Below are positions 30,385 to 40,538 of a DNA stretch of 64,000 nt, piece by piece. The notes under the pieces are model-generated. The model ran no database searches. It was not told the DNA's origin and saw only the letters and a list, made by a program, of their open reading frames with translations. The stretch lies in assembly GCA_964533615.1 (NCBI GenBank), contig CAZHMK010000007.1, positions 73,653 through 137,652 on the forward strand, given 5' to 3'. How positions within the stretch are numbered: position 1 is the stretch's first letter; every line of letters begins with the position of its first letter. The stretch comes from an uncultured Eubacteriaceae bacterium. Its GTDB lineage: Bacteria; Bacillota; Clostridia; Eubacteriales; UBA1433. The position numbers and the translations under genes are program-made.

Positions 30385-32025
30385 TTATGCTTTTAATATT
30401 GATTTAGCTTTATAATCATTAACATCAGTAATAAAAGGGATTTGCGTCTCTCTTTCAGTTTCTCTGTTTGCAGAAAATATATCAGTTCTATCAATTTCCA
30501 TTACTGAGAATTTTCTTACTCCTGCTAAAAACTGCTGTAGACCTGCTGCAATTTTATCAGCCATTGTCCATATTGCTATAGCTCCGTAAGGCATTGTCCT
30601 CATCGCATCGGCACCTACTATAGCCTGCAAGTCAAAATATCCCGCAAAAATATCTTCAGCTTTTGTTCCATTTTCTGTAACAGTTTTTGGAAGGTCATCC
30701 CAATTGCCGTTAACTTCTTTTTTTCTTTCGGGTTTGAGAACACCTTCAATATTGCTTCCCAAAAATCCGGGTATCATTATTGATCGACCAAGGCATACAA
30801 GTTTAGTAAATTCTCCGCCTAAAGCAAGAGCCTTAAATATTTGATCTTCTTTTGCAAGACCGCCTCCGAAGGATAAATCTACAACTCTTTGCCCTTTTGA
30901 TTTTAATATACTTGCGTATTCATACGCTTTTGCATGAAGCATAACTGAAGGCACTCCCCAATTTTCCATCATATTCCAAGGACTCATTCCTGTACCGCCA
31001 CCAGAACCATCTATAGTCAGTAGGTCAAGATTTGCTTCTGATGCAAATTTAATTGCCATAGCTAGAGCTTCCATTCCATATGAACCGGTTTTCAACGTGA
31101 TTCTTTTATAACCAATTTTTCTTAAATAATCTATTGATTTCATGAAATCTTTTTTTACATCATCTGCATTTTTTGCTTCTGTGAATCCCAAACGACTATG
31201 GCGTGCAAAAGACTTAATTGCACCATTTTTGTATCCTTCAACAACTTCCGTTTTGGTAGGGTCGGGGTCGACGACATAACCCCTTTTTTTAAGGAATGTT
31301 GCATATTCTATGTTATCTACTTGAATTTCTCCTCCAATGTCTTTAGCACCTTGTCCCCACTTTAATTCTATTATTACTTTATCACCATATTTGTTTATTA
31401 TATATTCTGCTACTCCGTTTCGAGTGTCTTCTACGTTCATTTGAACAAGTATTGCGCCATACCCGTTATACCACCGCAAATATGTATCTATTCTTCTATC
31501 TAATTCTGGTGCTTTTACTATTTTTCCATTTTCAACTACAGCTTGTTTATCGATTCCTACAACATTTTCGCCGACAACAATAGGGAAACCTACAAGCGCA
31601 GCCCCTGTAGCAAATGACTCCCAATATTTTGCAGCAATAAAAGTTGAACCTAAAGCACCTGTCATTATAGGTATTTTGACTTTTGTTTTAATTTTATAAC
31701 CAAATTCCGTTTCCAAACTTACATTTGGGAATATGCAATCATCTGCGGAACTACTTAATCCTTGTACTTCTGCGCTTGAGCCATAATTATACCCCTGTAT
31801 TCTAAGCGCATTATAATTAATACCTAAATGTGTCGTATTGCCGCTTCCTGAAGTGATTTTCCCAAAATCTCTAGGATAGAGAAGTTTCCTTCCTTTGATA
31901 CAAGACATCCATGTTTCACATTTTCCCTGGCAGTCAGCTCTACAGAGTGTGCATAGACCTGATTCGGTGGGATTGCCTCTATTGGCAGTGCCGATTGCAT
32001 CGTTAGTTTTTGTCCAATTAATCAT
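30385..32025 (-). CDS. FMN-binding glutamate-synthase-family protein (GltB FMN domain only) with an N-terminal Cys cluster
   Basis: Contains DGSGGGTGMSPW and other GltS FMN-domain motifs. The N-terminus carries CTLCRADCQGKCETWMSC. Confidence 0.8.
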   Translation of the reverse strand: MINWTKTNDAIGTANRGNPTESGLCTLCRADCQGKCETWMSCIKGRKLLYPRDFGKITSGSGNTTHLGINYNALRIQGYNYGSSAEVQGLSSSADDCIFPNVSLETEFGYKIKTKVKIPIMTGALGSTFIAAKYWESFATGAALVGFPIVVGENVVGIDKQAVVENGKIVKAPELDRRIDTYLRWYNGYGAILVQMNVEDTRNGVAEYIINKYGDKVIIELKWGQGAKDIGGEIQVDNIEYATFLKKRGYVVDPDPTKTEVVEGYKNGAIKSFARHSRLGFTEAKNADDVKKDFMKSIDYLRKIGYKRITLKTGSYGMEALAMAIKFASEANLDLLTIDGSGGGTGMSPWNMMENWGVPSVMLHAKAYEYASILKSKGQRVVDLSFGGGLAKEDQIFKALALGGEFTKLVCLGRSIMIPGFLGSNIEGVLKPERKKEVNGNWDDLPKTVTENGTKAEDIFAGYFDLQAIVGADAMRTMPYGAIAIWTMADKIAAGLQQFLAGVRKFSVMEIDRTDIFSANRETERETQIPFITDVNDYKAKSILKA

Positions 32026-32180
32026 TTTTATAACTCCTTTTTATTATTTGATTATAATTAATTAAGTGATATAATATATAAATATAATAAACTTAATTTT
32101 ATAATATTATTAGATAGGATTCAATTAAATATTACAAAATACATAAAATTTATATCCTAAAACTAATACGAGGTGAATCA

Positions 32181-33395
32181 GTGGTTTATACAAAAGATGA
32201 AGTGATTACATATGTGAAACAGGAAGATGTAAAATTTATTCGCTTGGCATTTTGCGATGTTTATGGAACGCAGAAAAATATTGCTATAATGCCAAGTGAG
32301 TTAGAAAGAGCATTTATGGTTGGTATACCGTTTGACGCTTCAGCTATAAAAGGATTTGAAACGATACAAAAGTCGGATATGGTTTTGGTGCCTGACTCAT
32401 CAACTTTAGCTGACTTGCCGTGGAGACCGGTACCGGGAAAAGTGGTACGTCTTTACTGCGATATCAAATATCCTGACGGTAAACCATATGAGGTTGACGG
32501 TAGACACATACTCAGAAAGGCGGTTGATAAGGCGAAAGAAATCGGTATAAATTGTAATGTGGGAGTGGAATATGAATTTTATCTTTTCAAAACGGACGAA
32601 AACGGAGATTCCACCGATATACCACACGACAATGCAGGATATATGGACATAGCTCCCGAGGACAAAGGAGAAAATATTCGTCGAGAAATATGCTTCATAC
32701 TTGAGAAAATGGGGATAATACCTGAAAGTTCTCGTCATGAGGAGGGGCCAGGACAGCACGAAGTACATTTTAAATACAGTGATCCTCTTACCGCAGCTGA
32801 CAATGCTACAACATTTAAATCGGTGGTAAAAACAGTTGCTGCAAGGAATGGTCTGTATGCGAATTTTGAACCCAAACCGTTGAAAGATAAAAGCGGCAAC
32901 GGATTTCACATAAATATTTCTATAAGATCTGATGATTCAAAAGAAATAAATAGTTTTATGGCAGGGATACTCGAGCATATAAGCGAGATAACTGTATTTT
33001 TAAATCCGAGTGCAAAATCGTATGAGAGACTTGGAGAGAAAAAAGCGCCGAAATATATTGCTTGGTGCGAAGAAAACCGTTCTCTACTTATAAGGATACC
33101 TGCAGTTAAAGGGGCGTACGAGAGAATAGAGCTTCGTTCGCCTGATCCCTATGCAAATCCATATATTGCTTATGCGCTGATGATATATGCGGGTCTAGAC
33201 GGAATAAAAAATTTTTTAAAGCCATCCTTGCCGGCTCGAGAAAATTTGTTTAATGAAAGCTCATATACCAAAACATTTAAAGTACTGCCTTTAAGTTTGG
33301 ATGAAGCAATTAAAGAGATGATGAAAAGCAGTTTTTTAGCAGAAATAATGCCGAAAAAAATCATTAAGGCATATAGCACCCTGCCACATTGCTAA
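32181..33395 (+). CDS. glnA: Glutamine synthetase, type I family, short form (404 aa, GTG start)
   Basis: Catalytic motifs are conserved: VEYEFYLF, HEEGPGQHEV, GNGFHINIS, SYERL, NRSLLIRIP, ELRSPDP. The C-terminus is about 20-25 aa shorter than in Bacillus GlnA. Confidence 0.85.
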   Translation: MVYTKDEVITYVKQEDVKFIRLAFCDVYGTQKNIAIMPSELERAFMVGIPFDASAIKGFETIQKSDMVLVPDSSTLADLPWRPVPGKVVRLYCDIKYPDGKPYEVDGRHILRKAVDKAKEIGINCNVGVEYEFYLFKTDENGDSTDIPHDNAGYMDIAPEDKGENIRREICFILEKMGIIPESSRHEEGPGQHEVHFKYSDPLTAADNATTFKSVVKTVAARNGLYANFEPKPLKDKSGNGFHINISIRSDDSKEINSFMAGILEHISEITVFLNPSAKSYERLGEKKAPKYIAWCEENRSLLIRIPAVKGAYERIELRSPDPYANPYIAYALMIYAGLDGIKNFLKPSLPARENLFNESSYTKTFKVLPLSLDEAIKEMMKSSFLAEIMPKKIIKAYSTLPHC

Positions 33396-33414
33396 TGAAA
33401 GGTGAAAAATTCGA

Positions 33415-34011
33415 ATGTTAACTGAAAAACACTGCTATAGCGTTTTGATTGTATCAGGAGTCAGCGGAAGAGAAGAGTTACTATCGGATTTGTTACCTGT
33501 AAAAGAATTTTCTCCTATTATTTCGGTTTCCAGTGCAGGAGAAGTAAAACGCCTGATAATATCACAAATATTTGATATTATAATTATAAATACTCCTCTT
33601 CTAGATGAATTCGGAAGCGAGCTTGCATTAGATATTGCTCAAAGCACATATGCAGGTATTATTTTGATGGTAAAAGCCGATATGTTTGATGAAGTGTCCT
33701 GTCAGGTAGAACAACAAGGAGTGTTTACCGTAGCAAAGCCAAATTCAAAACAAATAATATATCAAGTAATTAAATTGCTTGTTGCGGTAAGGGAAAAAAT
33801 AAAACGAATGGAAGAAAAAAACGTTTCTCTTCAAACCAAAATGGAAGCGATAAGGATTATTAATCACGCTAAATGGATTTTAATAGAAAAACAAAAGATG
33901 AATGAAGAAACGGCTCATAAATATATAGAAAAACAGGCAATGGAAAAACGATTATCAAAACAAGAGGTAGCACAAAATATCATAAAAATGTATAAAAAAA
34001 AAATTAATTGA
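33415..34011 (+). CDS. ANTAR-domain RNA-binding antiterminator with a degenerate (pseudo-)receiver domain
   Basis: C-terminal ANTAR helices (IRIINHAKWILIEKQKMNEETAHKYIEKQAMEKRLSKQEVAQNII). In the receiver-like N-terminus the DD pair is SG and the phospho-Asp position is Asn (FDIIIINTP). Confidence 0.8.
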   Translation: MLTEKHCYSVLIVSGVSGREELLSDLLPVKEFSPIISVSSAGEVKRLIISQIFDIIIINTPLLDEFGSELALDIAQSTYAGIILMVKADMFDEVSCQVEQQGVFTVAKPNSKQIIYQVIKLLVAVREKIKRMEEKNVSLQTKMEAIRIINHAKWILIEKQKMNEETAHKYIEKQAMEKRLSKQEVAQNIIKMYKKKIN

Positions 34012-34066
34012 TTTAATAAATAATACAAACAGACAAATTTTAGCTAAAATATTTTTTTATTTTATT

Positions 34067-34095
34067 ATTGATTATGTACTTATTTAATGGTAAAA
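34067..34095 (+). promoter_or_regulatory. Candidate extended -10 promoter for gltBD
   Basis: TTGATT, a 17-nt spacer, then TAAAAT preceded by TGg (TGnTAAAAT). Confidence 0.5.
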
Positions 34096-34130
34096 TCATA
34101 ATAAATTTATATAAAAATTGTGTGGAAATA

Positions 34131-34184
34131 TAGCATGCTTCAATGGCGAAGTTTAATATACTTTGCTTTTGTGTATGCTTTTTT
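34131..34184 (+). terminator. Leader terminator/attenuator upstream of gltB
   Basis: A long imperfect hairpin. Its outer stem is AGCATGC/GTATGCT, its middle stem CAA/TTG, and its inner stem GCGAAGT/ACTTTGC. It is followed by T6. Its 3' arm can alternatively pair with AAAAGCATA (34191-34199), next to the RBS. Confidence 0.55.
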
Positions 34185-34220
34185 ATTATTGAAAAGCATA
34201 ATGGAGGATGGTTAGAAAAA

Positions 34221-37200
34221 ATGTTAAATAAGAAAACTTGGGAAATAACTTATAATAAATCGATGCCAAAAAAACAAGGTTTATATGATCCCGCTATGGA
34301 ACATGATGCTTGTGGGATTGGCTTTATTGTAAATATTAAAGGGAATAAATCACATAAAATTATTGAACAAGGAATTAAGATACTTGATAATCTCACGCAT
34401 AGAGGCGGTGTGGGTTGTGAAGAAAATACAGGAGACGGTGCGGGGATGTTGACTCAAATACCACATAAATTCTTTGTGAAAGTATGTGAACAATTAAACA
34501 TAACACTTCCTTCGGCGGGGCAATATGGTGTAGGTATGATGTTTATGCCTCATGATATCGAACTAAGAGAAAAATATGAAAGTATTATAAAAAGAATTAT
34601 AAAGCAGGAAGGCCAGGAATTTTTAGGTGTACGCGAACTGCCGGTTGATCCATCTCCGCTCGGTGAAACAGCAAAGTCAAATATGCCTTTTATTAAGCAA
34701 TTATTTATAGGAAAATCTAATTTAATAAATGATGAATTATCGTTTGAAAGAAAATTATATGTTATAAGAAAACAAATTGAAAATGAAATTAAAAATATTA
34801 TAAGCAACGAAGATGAATTTTTTTATTTTGCGAGTCTTTCATGCAAAACGATTGTATATAAAGGCATGCTGACACCGCATCAAGTAGATGTTTTTTATCA
34901 AGAATTGGCTGATCGAGATTTTGAATCGGCGTTAGCTTTAGTACATTCGCGCTATAGCACCAACACTTTCCCAAGCTGGGAACGGTCTCATCCATACAGA
35001 TATATTATACATAATGGGGAAATCAACACACTTCGAGGCAATGTAAACTGGATGCAATCCAGACAAGCAGTTTTAGAATCAGATCTTTTTGGAGAAGATA
35101 TTAAAAAACTGTTCCCGATTATTGATAATGATGGCAGTGATTCAGCTATGTTTGATAATACGCTGGAGTTTTTGGCGCTGAGCGGTTATTCGCTCCCTCA
35201 AGCTGCCATGATGATGATTCCTGAGCCATGGTCTAATCATGAATCAATGAGTGATGAAAAAAAGGCGTTTTATGAATATTACAGTTGTTTAATGGAGCCA
35301 TGGGACGGACCGGCGTCTGTGGCATTTACAGATGGAAGTGTAGTTGGGGCAATATTAGACAGAAATGGATTGAGACCATCACGTTACTATGTAACTAAAG
35401 ATGATATGGTCATTACAGCATCCGAAGTAGGAGTTTTAGATATAGATCCTGCAAATGTTCTTCTCAAAGGAAGATTACAGCCAGGAAGAATGTTGTTAAT
35501 AGATACAAAACAAGGCAGAATTATTACTGATGAAGAAATAAAAGCTACAATGTCTCAGCAATATCCATATCGTGATTGGTTAAATAAAAACATGATTACA
35601 TTGGATGATCTGGCTAATGTTGAAACCGAAGATGAACCTATTACTGATTTAATATGTAAACAAAAGGAATTTGGATATACATTTGAAGATTTAAATAGTA
35701 TTATTGCACCAATGGTAAAAAATGTACTGGAACCGACTGGAGCTATGGGGTACGATGTTCCGATTGCGGTTCTTTCAAAAAAACCTCAGCTGTTATATAC
35801 ATATTTTAAACAATTGTTTGCTCAGGTTACGAATCCGCCTATTGATGCAATCAGGGAAGAAATAATAACAGCTACATATACAATGCTTGGTACAAGCCGA
35901 AATATTTTAAGTATTAACGAAGAAAATTGTAAAATGCTTAAATTGGCACAACCAATATTGAAAAATGAAGAGTTGCAAAAAATCAAAAAGCTTGATATTG
36001 AAAATTTTAAAACTGTAACATTGCCAATTATTTATAAAATAGAAGATCAAGAAAAAGGATTGAATGATGCTATAGACGAACTCTTTGTATCAGCGGATGA
36101 AGCAATTTCTAAAGGAGCGAATATTCTCGTCTTATCAGATAGAAATGTAAGCCGTACTAAAGCACCTATTCCGGCGTTGCTTGCAACTGCTGCATTGCAT
36201 CATTATTTAATACGCAGTAAGAATAGAACAAAAGTATCCATAGTTGTGGAAACAGGAGAGGCGCGTGAAGTGCATCATTTTGCATTGCTGTTGGGTTATG
36301 GTGCATCTGCAATTAATCCATATTTGGCCTTTGGATCAATTAGGGACATGGTTGCTCAAGGTATGTTAGCCGGCTTTACTTATGAAACAGCGCAGGAAAA
36401 TTATATAAAAGCATCCAAAAAAGGTATTGTAAAAATTCTTTCCAAGATGGGTATATCAACAATACAAAGTTATCAAGGCGCTCAAATATTTGAAGCCATT
36501 GGAATATCAAACGAAGTAATCGATAAATATTTTACGAGAACACCTTCAAGGATTGGCGGAATCGGAATGACTGAAATAGCTCAGGAAATTAAAATGCGCC
36601 ATGAATTGGCTTATAATAGCATTGGAATAAACAGTAATACATTGGAGTCGGGCGGTCAGTACAAATGGGTGACAGATGGCGAAGAGCATATGTTTAATCC
36701 AGATACAGTTGCAATGCTTCAGCAGGCGTGCAAAACAGGAGATTATGAATTGTTTAAAAAATATTCACGTTCAATTGTTGAAGATAATCCACAAAAACAT
36801 AATATTCGCGGCTTAATGAAGTTTAAAGATTGTACACCTATACCCATTGAGGAAGTTGAAAGTGTGGAAAAGATATGCAAGAGGTTTAAATCCGGGGCTA
36901 TGTCATTTGGAGCTATCAGTAAAGAGGCACATGAAACACTGACGATTGCCATGAACAGAATAGGCGGAAAAAGTAATTCAGGTGAAGGTGGAGAAGACAG
37001 TGACAGATATAAGCCGCTTCCAAATGGCGATTCTATGTCTAGTGCAATAAAACAAGTTGCTTCTGGAAGATTTGGGGTTACGGGTGAATATTTGGTAAAC
37101 GCCAAAGAAATACAAATTAAAATGGCTCAGGGAGCAAAACCGGGAGAAGGCGGACAGCTGCCGGGCAGAAAAGTATATCCATGGGTAGCAAAAGTAAGAT

Positions 37201-38816
37201 ATTCAACACCTGGTGTAGAGCTTATTTCACCGCCGCCGCATCATGATATTTATTCCATAGAAGATTTGGCGGAGCTTATACATGACTTAAAAAATGCAAA
37301 TGAAAACGCAAAGATTAATGTCAAGCTCGTATCAGAAGTAGGCGTTGGAACAGTTGCGGCTGGTGTTGCAAAAGGCAGGGCAGATGTCGTGCTTATTAGC
37401 GGATATGATGGAGGTACAGGAGCAGCCCCAAAATCCAGCATGCGCCATACAGGACTGCCATGGGAACTTGGAATTGCAGAAACGCATCAAACATTAGTAT
37501 TAAATAATTTAAGAAGCCGTATCATTGTTGAAGTTGATGGCAGAATGATGAACGGAAGAGATGTGGCAATCGCTGCACTACTTGGAGCAGAGGAATACGG
37601 ATTTTGTACAGTTGCATTAATCGCAATGGGATGTGTGATGATGAGAGTATGTAATCTGGATACTTGTCCGGTAGGAATAGCAACGCAAAATCCAAAACTT
37701 AGAGCAAAATTTACAGGCAAGCCTGAGCACGTAATTAATTTAATGCATTTTATCGCCATGGAAATAAGAGAAATTATGGCAATGCTTGGGTTCAGAACCA
37801 TTAATGAAATGATTGGACGAACCGACAAACTTGAATTAAATGAGGCTGCAAAACACTGGAAATCAAGCAACATTGACATTTCTTCCATATTATATATGCC
37901 GCAGGTATCTGAAGATGTAGGAAGATATTGTCAAGTTGATCAATATCATCAAATAGAAAAAACACTTGATAAAATAGTTTTATTAGATTTGTGTAAAGAA
38001 GCATTAGATACTAGAAAGCCAGTAAACGCTGAAGTTCCCATCAGGAACATAAATAGGGTTGCCGGTACAATTCTAGGAAGTGAAATTTCTCGTAAATATG
38101 GATCAAAAGGATTGCCGGAAGATACTATTACACTGAATTTTAAAGGCTCTGCTGGGCAAAGTTTTGGAGCATTTGTTCCAAAAGGTGTGACAATGATAGT
38201 AGAAGGAGATACAAATGATTATCTGGGAAAAGGCTTGTCAGGCGGAAAAATTATTGTATATCCGCCGAAGGATGCTTCGTTTATCCCTGAAGAAAATATT
38301 ATTATCGGTAATGTAGCGTTTTATGGAGCGACACAAGGAGAAGCATATATAAGAGGGATGGCAGGAGAAAGATTCTGCGTAAGAAATAGTGGAGTTGAAG
38401 CTGTGGTTGAATCATTAGGTGATCACGGATGCGAATATATGACTGGCGGATATGTCGTGGTGCTTGGGCAAACAGGCAGAAACTTTGCAGCAGGTATGTC
38501 TGGAGGGATTGCATATGTGCTTGATGTTAATGGAGACTTCCTTACAAAATGTAATATGGGTATGATAGAGATTGAAAAATTATCAGATAATGATGAAAAG
38601 AAAATAAAAGACATGGTGTATAAGCATATCAAATATACAGAAAGCGATTACGCAAAATCCATTATGGATAACTGGAAAGAAAATAAACAAAAATTTGTAA
38701 AGATTATTCCCAAAATGTTCAAAAAAATGATGATGGCAACACAAGAAGCATATGACAGCGGACTTGCCGGAGAAGAAGCGCTTCTTACCGCTTTTAATAA
38801 CGTCATATATAAATAG
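34221..38816 (+). CDS. gltB: Glutamate synthase large subunit
   Basis: Ntn-amidotransferase Cys1 context (HDACGIGF), an FMN domain and a GXGXG C-terminal domain. The ATG at 34221 is preferred because GGAGGA lies at 34204-34209. Confidence 0.95.
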   Translation: MLNKKTWEITYNKSMPKKQGLYDPAMEHDACGIGFIVNIKGNKSHKIIEQGIKILDNLTHRGGVGCEENTGDGAGMLTQIPHKFFVKVCEQLNITLPSAGQYGVGMMFMPHDIELREKYESIIKRIIKQEGQEFLGVRELPVDPSPLGETAKSNMPFIKQLFIGKSNLINDELSFERKLYVIRKQIENEIKNIISNEDEFFYFASLSCKTIVYKGMLTPHQVDVFYQELADRDFESALALVHSRYSTNTFPSWERSHPYRYIIHNGEINTLRGNVNWMQSRQAVLESDLFGEDIKKLFPIIDNDGSDSAMFDNTLEFLALSGYSLPQAAMMMIPEPWSNHESMSDEKKAFYEYYSCLMEPWDGPASVAFTDGSVVGAILDRNGLRPSRYYVTKDDMVITASEVGVLDIDPANVLLKGRLQPGRMLLIDTKQGRIITDEEIKATMSQQYPYRDWLNKNMITLDDLANVETEDEPITDLICKQKEFGYTFEDLNSIIAPMVKNVLEPTGAMGYDVPIAVLSKKPQLLYTYFKQLFAQVTNPPIDAIREEIITATYTMLGTSRNILSINEENCKMLKLAQPILKNEELQKIKKLDIENFKTVTLPIIYKIEDQEKGLNDAIDELFVSADEAISKGANILVLSDRNVSRTKAPIPALLATAALHHYLIRSKNRTKVSIVVETGEAREVHHFALLLGYGASAINPYLAFGSIRDMVAQGMLAGFTYETAQENYIKASKKGIVKILSKMGISTIQSYQGAQIFEAIGISNEVIDKYFTRTPSRIGGIGMTEIAQEIKMRHELAYNSIGINSNTLESGGQYKWVTDGEEHMFNPDTVAMLQQACKTGDYELFKKYSRSIVEDNPQKHNIRGLMKFKDCTPIPIEEVESVEKICKRFKSGAMSFGAISKEAHETLTIAMNRIGGKSNSGEGGEDSDRYKPLPNGDSMSSAIKQVASGRFGVTGEYLVNAKEIQIKMAQGAKPGEGGQLPGRKVYPWVAKVRYSTPGVELISPPPHHDIYSIEDLAELIHDLKNANENAKINVKLVSEVGVGTVAAGVAKGRADVVLISGYDGGTGAAPKSSMRHTGLPWELGIAETHQTLVLNNLRSRIIVEVDGRMMNGRDVAIAALLGAEEYGFCTVALIAMGCVMMRVCNLDTCPVGIATQNPKLRAKFTGKPEHVINLMHFIAMEIREIMAMLGFRTINEMIGRTDKLELNEAAKHWKSSNIDISSILYMPQVSEDVGRYCQVDQYHQIEKTLDKIVLLDLCKEALDTRKPVNAEVPIRNINRVAGTILGSEISRKYGSKGLPEDTITLNFKGSAGQSFGAFVPKGVTMIVEGDTNDYLGKGLSGGKIIVYPPKDASFIPEENIIIGNVAFYGATQGEAYIRGMAGERFCVRNSGVEAVVESLGDHGCEYMTGGYVVVLGQTGRNFAAGMSGGIAYVLDVNGDFLTKCNMGMIEIEKLSDNDEKKIKDMVYKHIKYTESDYAKSIMDNWKENKQKFVKIIPKMFKKMMMATQEAYDSGLAGEEALLTAFNNVIYK
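34263..34378 (+). repeat. 116-bp direct repeat, copy B (inside intact gltB)
   Basis: 115/116 identical to 29915..30030. Confidence 0.9.
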
Positions 38817-38835
38817 AAACGGAGGAACTAGACTT

Positions 38836-40305
38836 ATGGGTAAACCAACAGGGTTTATGGAATATAACAGAGAAGTGGCGCCTGATAGAGATATAAAAGA
38901 AAGAATAAAAGACTGGGACGAATTTCACCTGCATTTACCTGATGATAAACAGCAAAATCAAGGTGCAAGATGCATGGACTGCGGTACTCCTTTTTGCCAT
39001 GTAGGAAAAGAATATGGATGTCCTTTAAATAATTTAATTCCTGAATTCAATGATATGATGTACAAAGGGCTATGGAAGCAAGCAGCGCAAAGATTATTGA
39101 GAAATAATAATTTTCCGGAATTTACATCAAGAGTGTGTCCTGCGCTTTGTGAAGGATCTTGTACGCTCAGTATAAATGAACCTCAAGTAACTATAAAAGA
39201 TAATGAATATGCTATTATTGAAAAAGCATTTAGCGAAGGTTGGATAAAACCCTCTCCTCCTCAAAAGCGTACAGGGAAAAAAGTGGCAGTAGTTGGCTCG
39301 GGACCTGCTGGGCTTGCATGTGCGGATATGTTAAATAAAGCCGGTCATACAGTGACTGTATTTGAAAGAGAAGATAGGCTGGGCGGTTTGCTGATGTACG
39401 GTATTCCAAGTATGAAATTGGAGAAAAATATTGTAAATAGACGTATAAAGTTAATGAGAGACGAAGGTATAACTTTTGTGGCAAACACAGAAGTAGGCGT
39501 TAATTATCCTGCGAAGAAATTATTGGACGAATTCAACGCTACTGTTTTATGCTGTGGGGCAACAAAGCCCAGAGATCTTTTAGTTGAAGGCAGAGAGCTA
39601 AAAGGAGTTTATCACGCAATGGATTTTTTAGTAGCAAGTACGAAAAGTCAGTTAAATTCAAGCTTTGAAGATAATAATTATATATCTGCCAGAGATAAAA
39701 ATGTACTTGTTATTGGTGGTGGTGATACTGCAGTCGATTGTGTGGCGACGTCACTGCGGCACGGTTGCAAAAGTATACAGCAATTTATAAGAAAACCAAA
39801 ACCACCCATTGAAAGAATAGAACAAAATCCATGGCCGGAACTACCAAGAATCTATAAACAGGATTATGGACAAAAAGAAGTCGAAGCGATTTTTGGAAAA
39901 GACCCAAGACAATTTCAAACACGGGTCAAAAAAATGATCGGTGATGAAAATGGTAATTTAAAAGCAGTTCAAACTGTTAAAGTCGAATGGGAAATAAAAA
40001 GCGACGGAAGAATGATTTCCACGGATGTTGCCGGAAGTGAAAAAATACATGAAGTAGAATTACTTTTATTAGCGTTGGGATTTTCAGGCCCCGAAGAAGT
40101 GATAATACAAGAGATGGGGATTGTCCGGGATAAACGTACGAATGTGGATGCCCCATATGGAAGTTTTATGACAAACATAGAAGGTGTGTTTTCTGCCGGA
40201 GATATGAGACGTGGTCAAAGTTTAGTTGTCTGGGCAATTAATGAAGGTCGCGGTGCAGCTAGAGAATGTGATAAATACTTAATGGGAGAGACTTATCTAC
40301 CATAA
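38836..40305 (+). CDS. gltD: Glutamate synthase small subunit (NADPH)
   Basis: MGKPTGFMEY N-terminus, Fe-S cysteines and a VAVVGSGPAGLA dinucleotide fold. The ATG at 38836 follows GGAGGA. Confidence 0.95.
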   Translation: MGKPTGFMEYNREVAPDRDIKERIKDWDEFHLHLPDDKQQNQGARCMDCGTPFCHVGKEYGCPLNNLIPEFNDMMYKGLWKQAAQRLLRNNNFPEFTSRVCPALCEGSCTLSINEPQVTIKDNEYAIIEKAFSEGWIKPSPPQKRTGKKVAVVGSGPAGLACADMLNKAGHTVTVFEREDRLGGLLMYGIPSMKLEKNIVNRRIKLMRDEGITFVANTEVGVNYPAKKLLDEFNATVLCCGATKPRDLLVEGRELKGVYHAMDFLVASTKSQLNSSFEDNNYISARDKNVLVIGGGDTAVDCVATSLRHGCKSIQQFIRKPKPPIERIEQNPWPELPRIYKQDYGQKEVEAIFGKDPRQFQTRVKKMIGDENGNLKAVQTVKVEWEIKSDGRMISTDVAGSEKIHEVELLLLALGFSGPEEVIIQEMGIVRDKRTNVDAPYGSFMTNIEGVFSAGDMRRGQSLVVWAINEGRGAARECDKYLMGETYLP

Positions 40306-40320
40306 ATAATATTTGTTAGA

Positions 40321-40356
40321 AAGCACAGATTATGATATGTGATCGGTGCTTTTTTA
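40321..40356 (+). terminator. Terminator after gltD
   Basis: AGCACAGAT...GATCGGTGCT stem (one mismatch), followed by TTTTT. Confidence 0.65.
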
Positions 40357-40538
40357 TTATGGGGGATCTCGTAGCATTAAAATTTATAACGATAATATAT
40401 AGCTTGTATTTTCATTTATTTTATTTTATAATAAAAAATATTATATTTATCAATTAAAGCAAGGCAAAGAAGCCTTTATAATAAATAATTCGTTTGAATT
40501 GTATATTATAAAGGCTTTTTAAATTAAAGGAGCTGTTG

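Noticed and set aside
32026-33420. Searched for a glnA antisense RNA element: a sequence downstream of glnA complementary to its RBS/start region, as described for a solventogenic Clostridium
   Set aside because: I found no complementary segment. Only a direct AGGTGAA similarity exists between the two RBS regions. The 167-aa antisense ORF at 32406-32909 looks like a shadow ORF.
34100-34220. Canonical ANTAR dual-hairpin target (two short stems with AxxGxx hexaloops) in the gltB, stub and glnA leaders
   Set aside because: I could not identify it by eye. The only hexaloop candidate (CAU-GCUUCA-AUG) lacks the conserved A1/G4. I report just the terminator and the alternative pairing, and a covariance-model search is needed.
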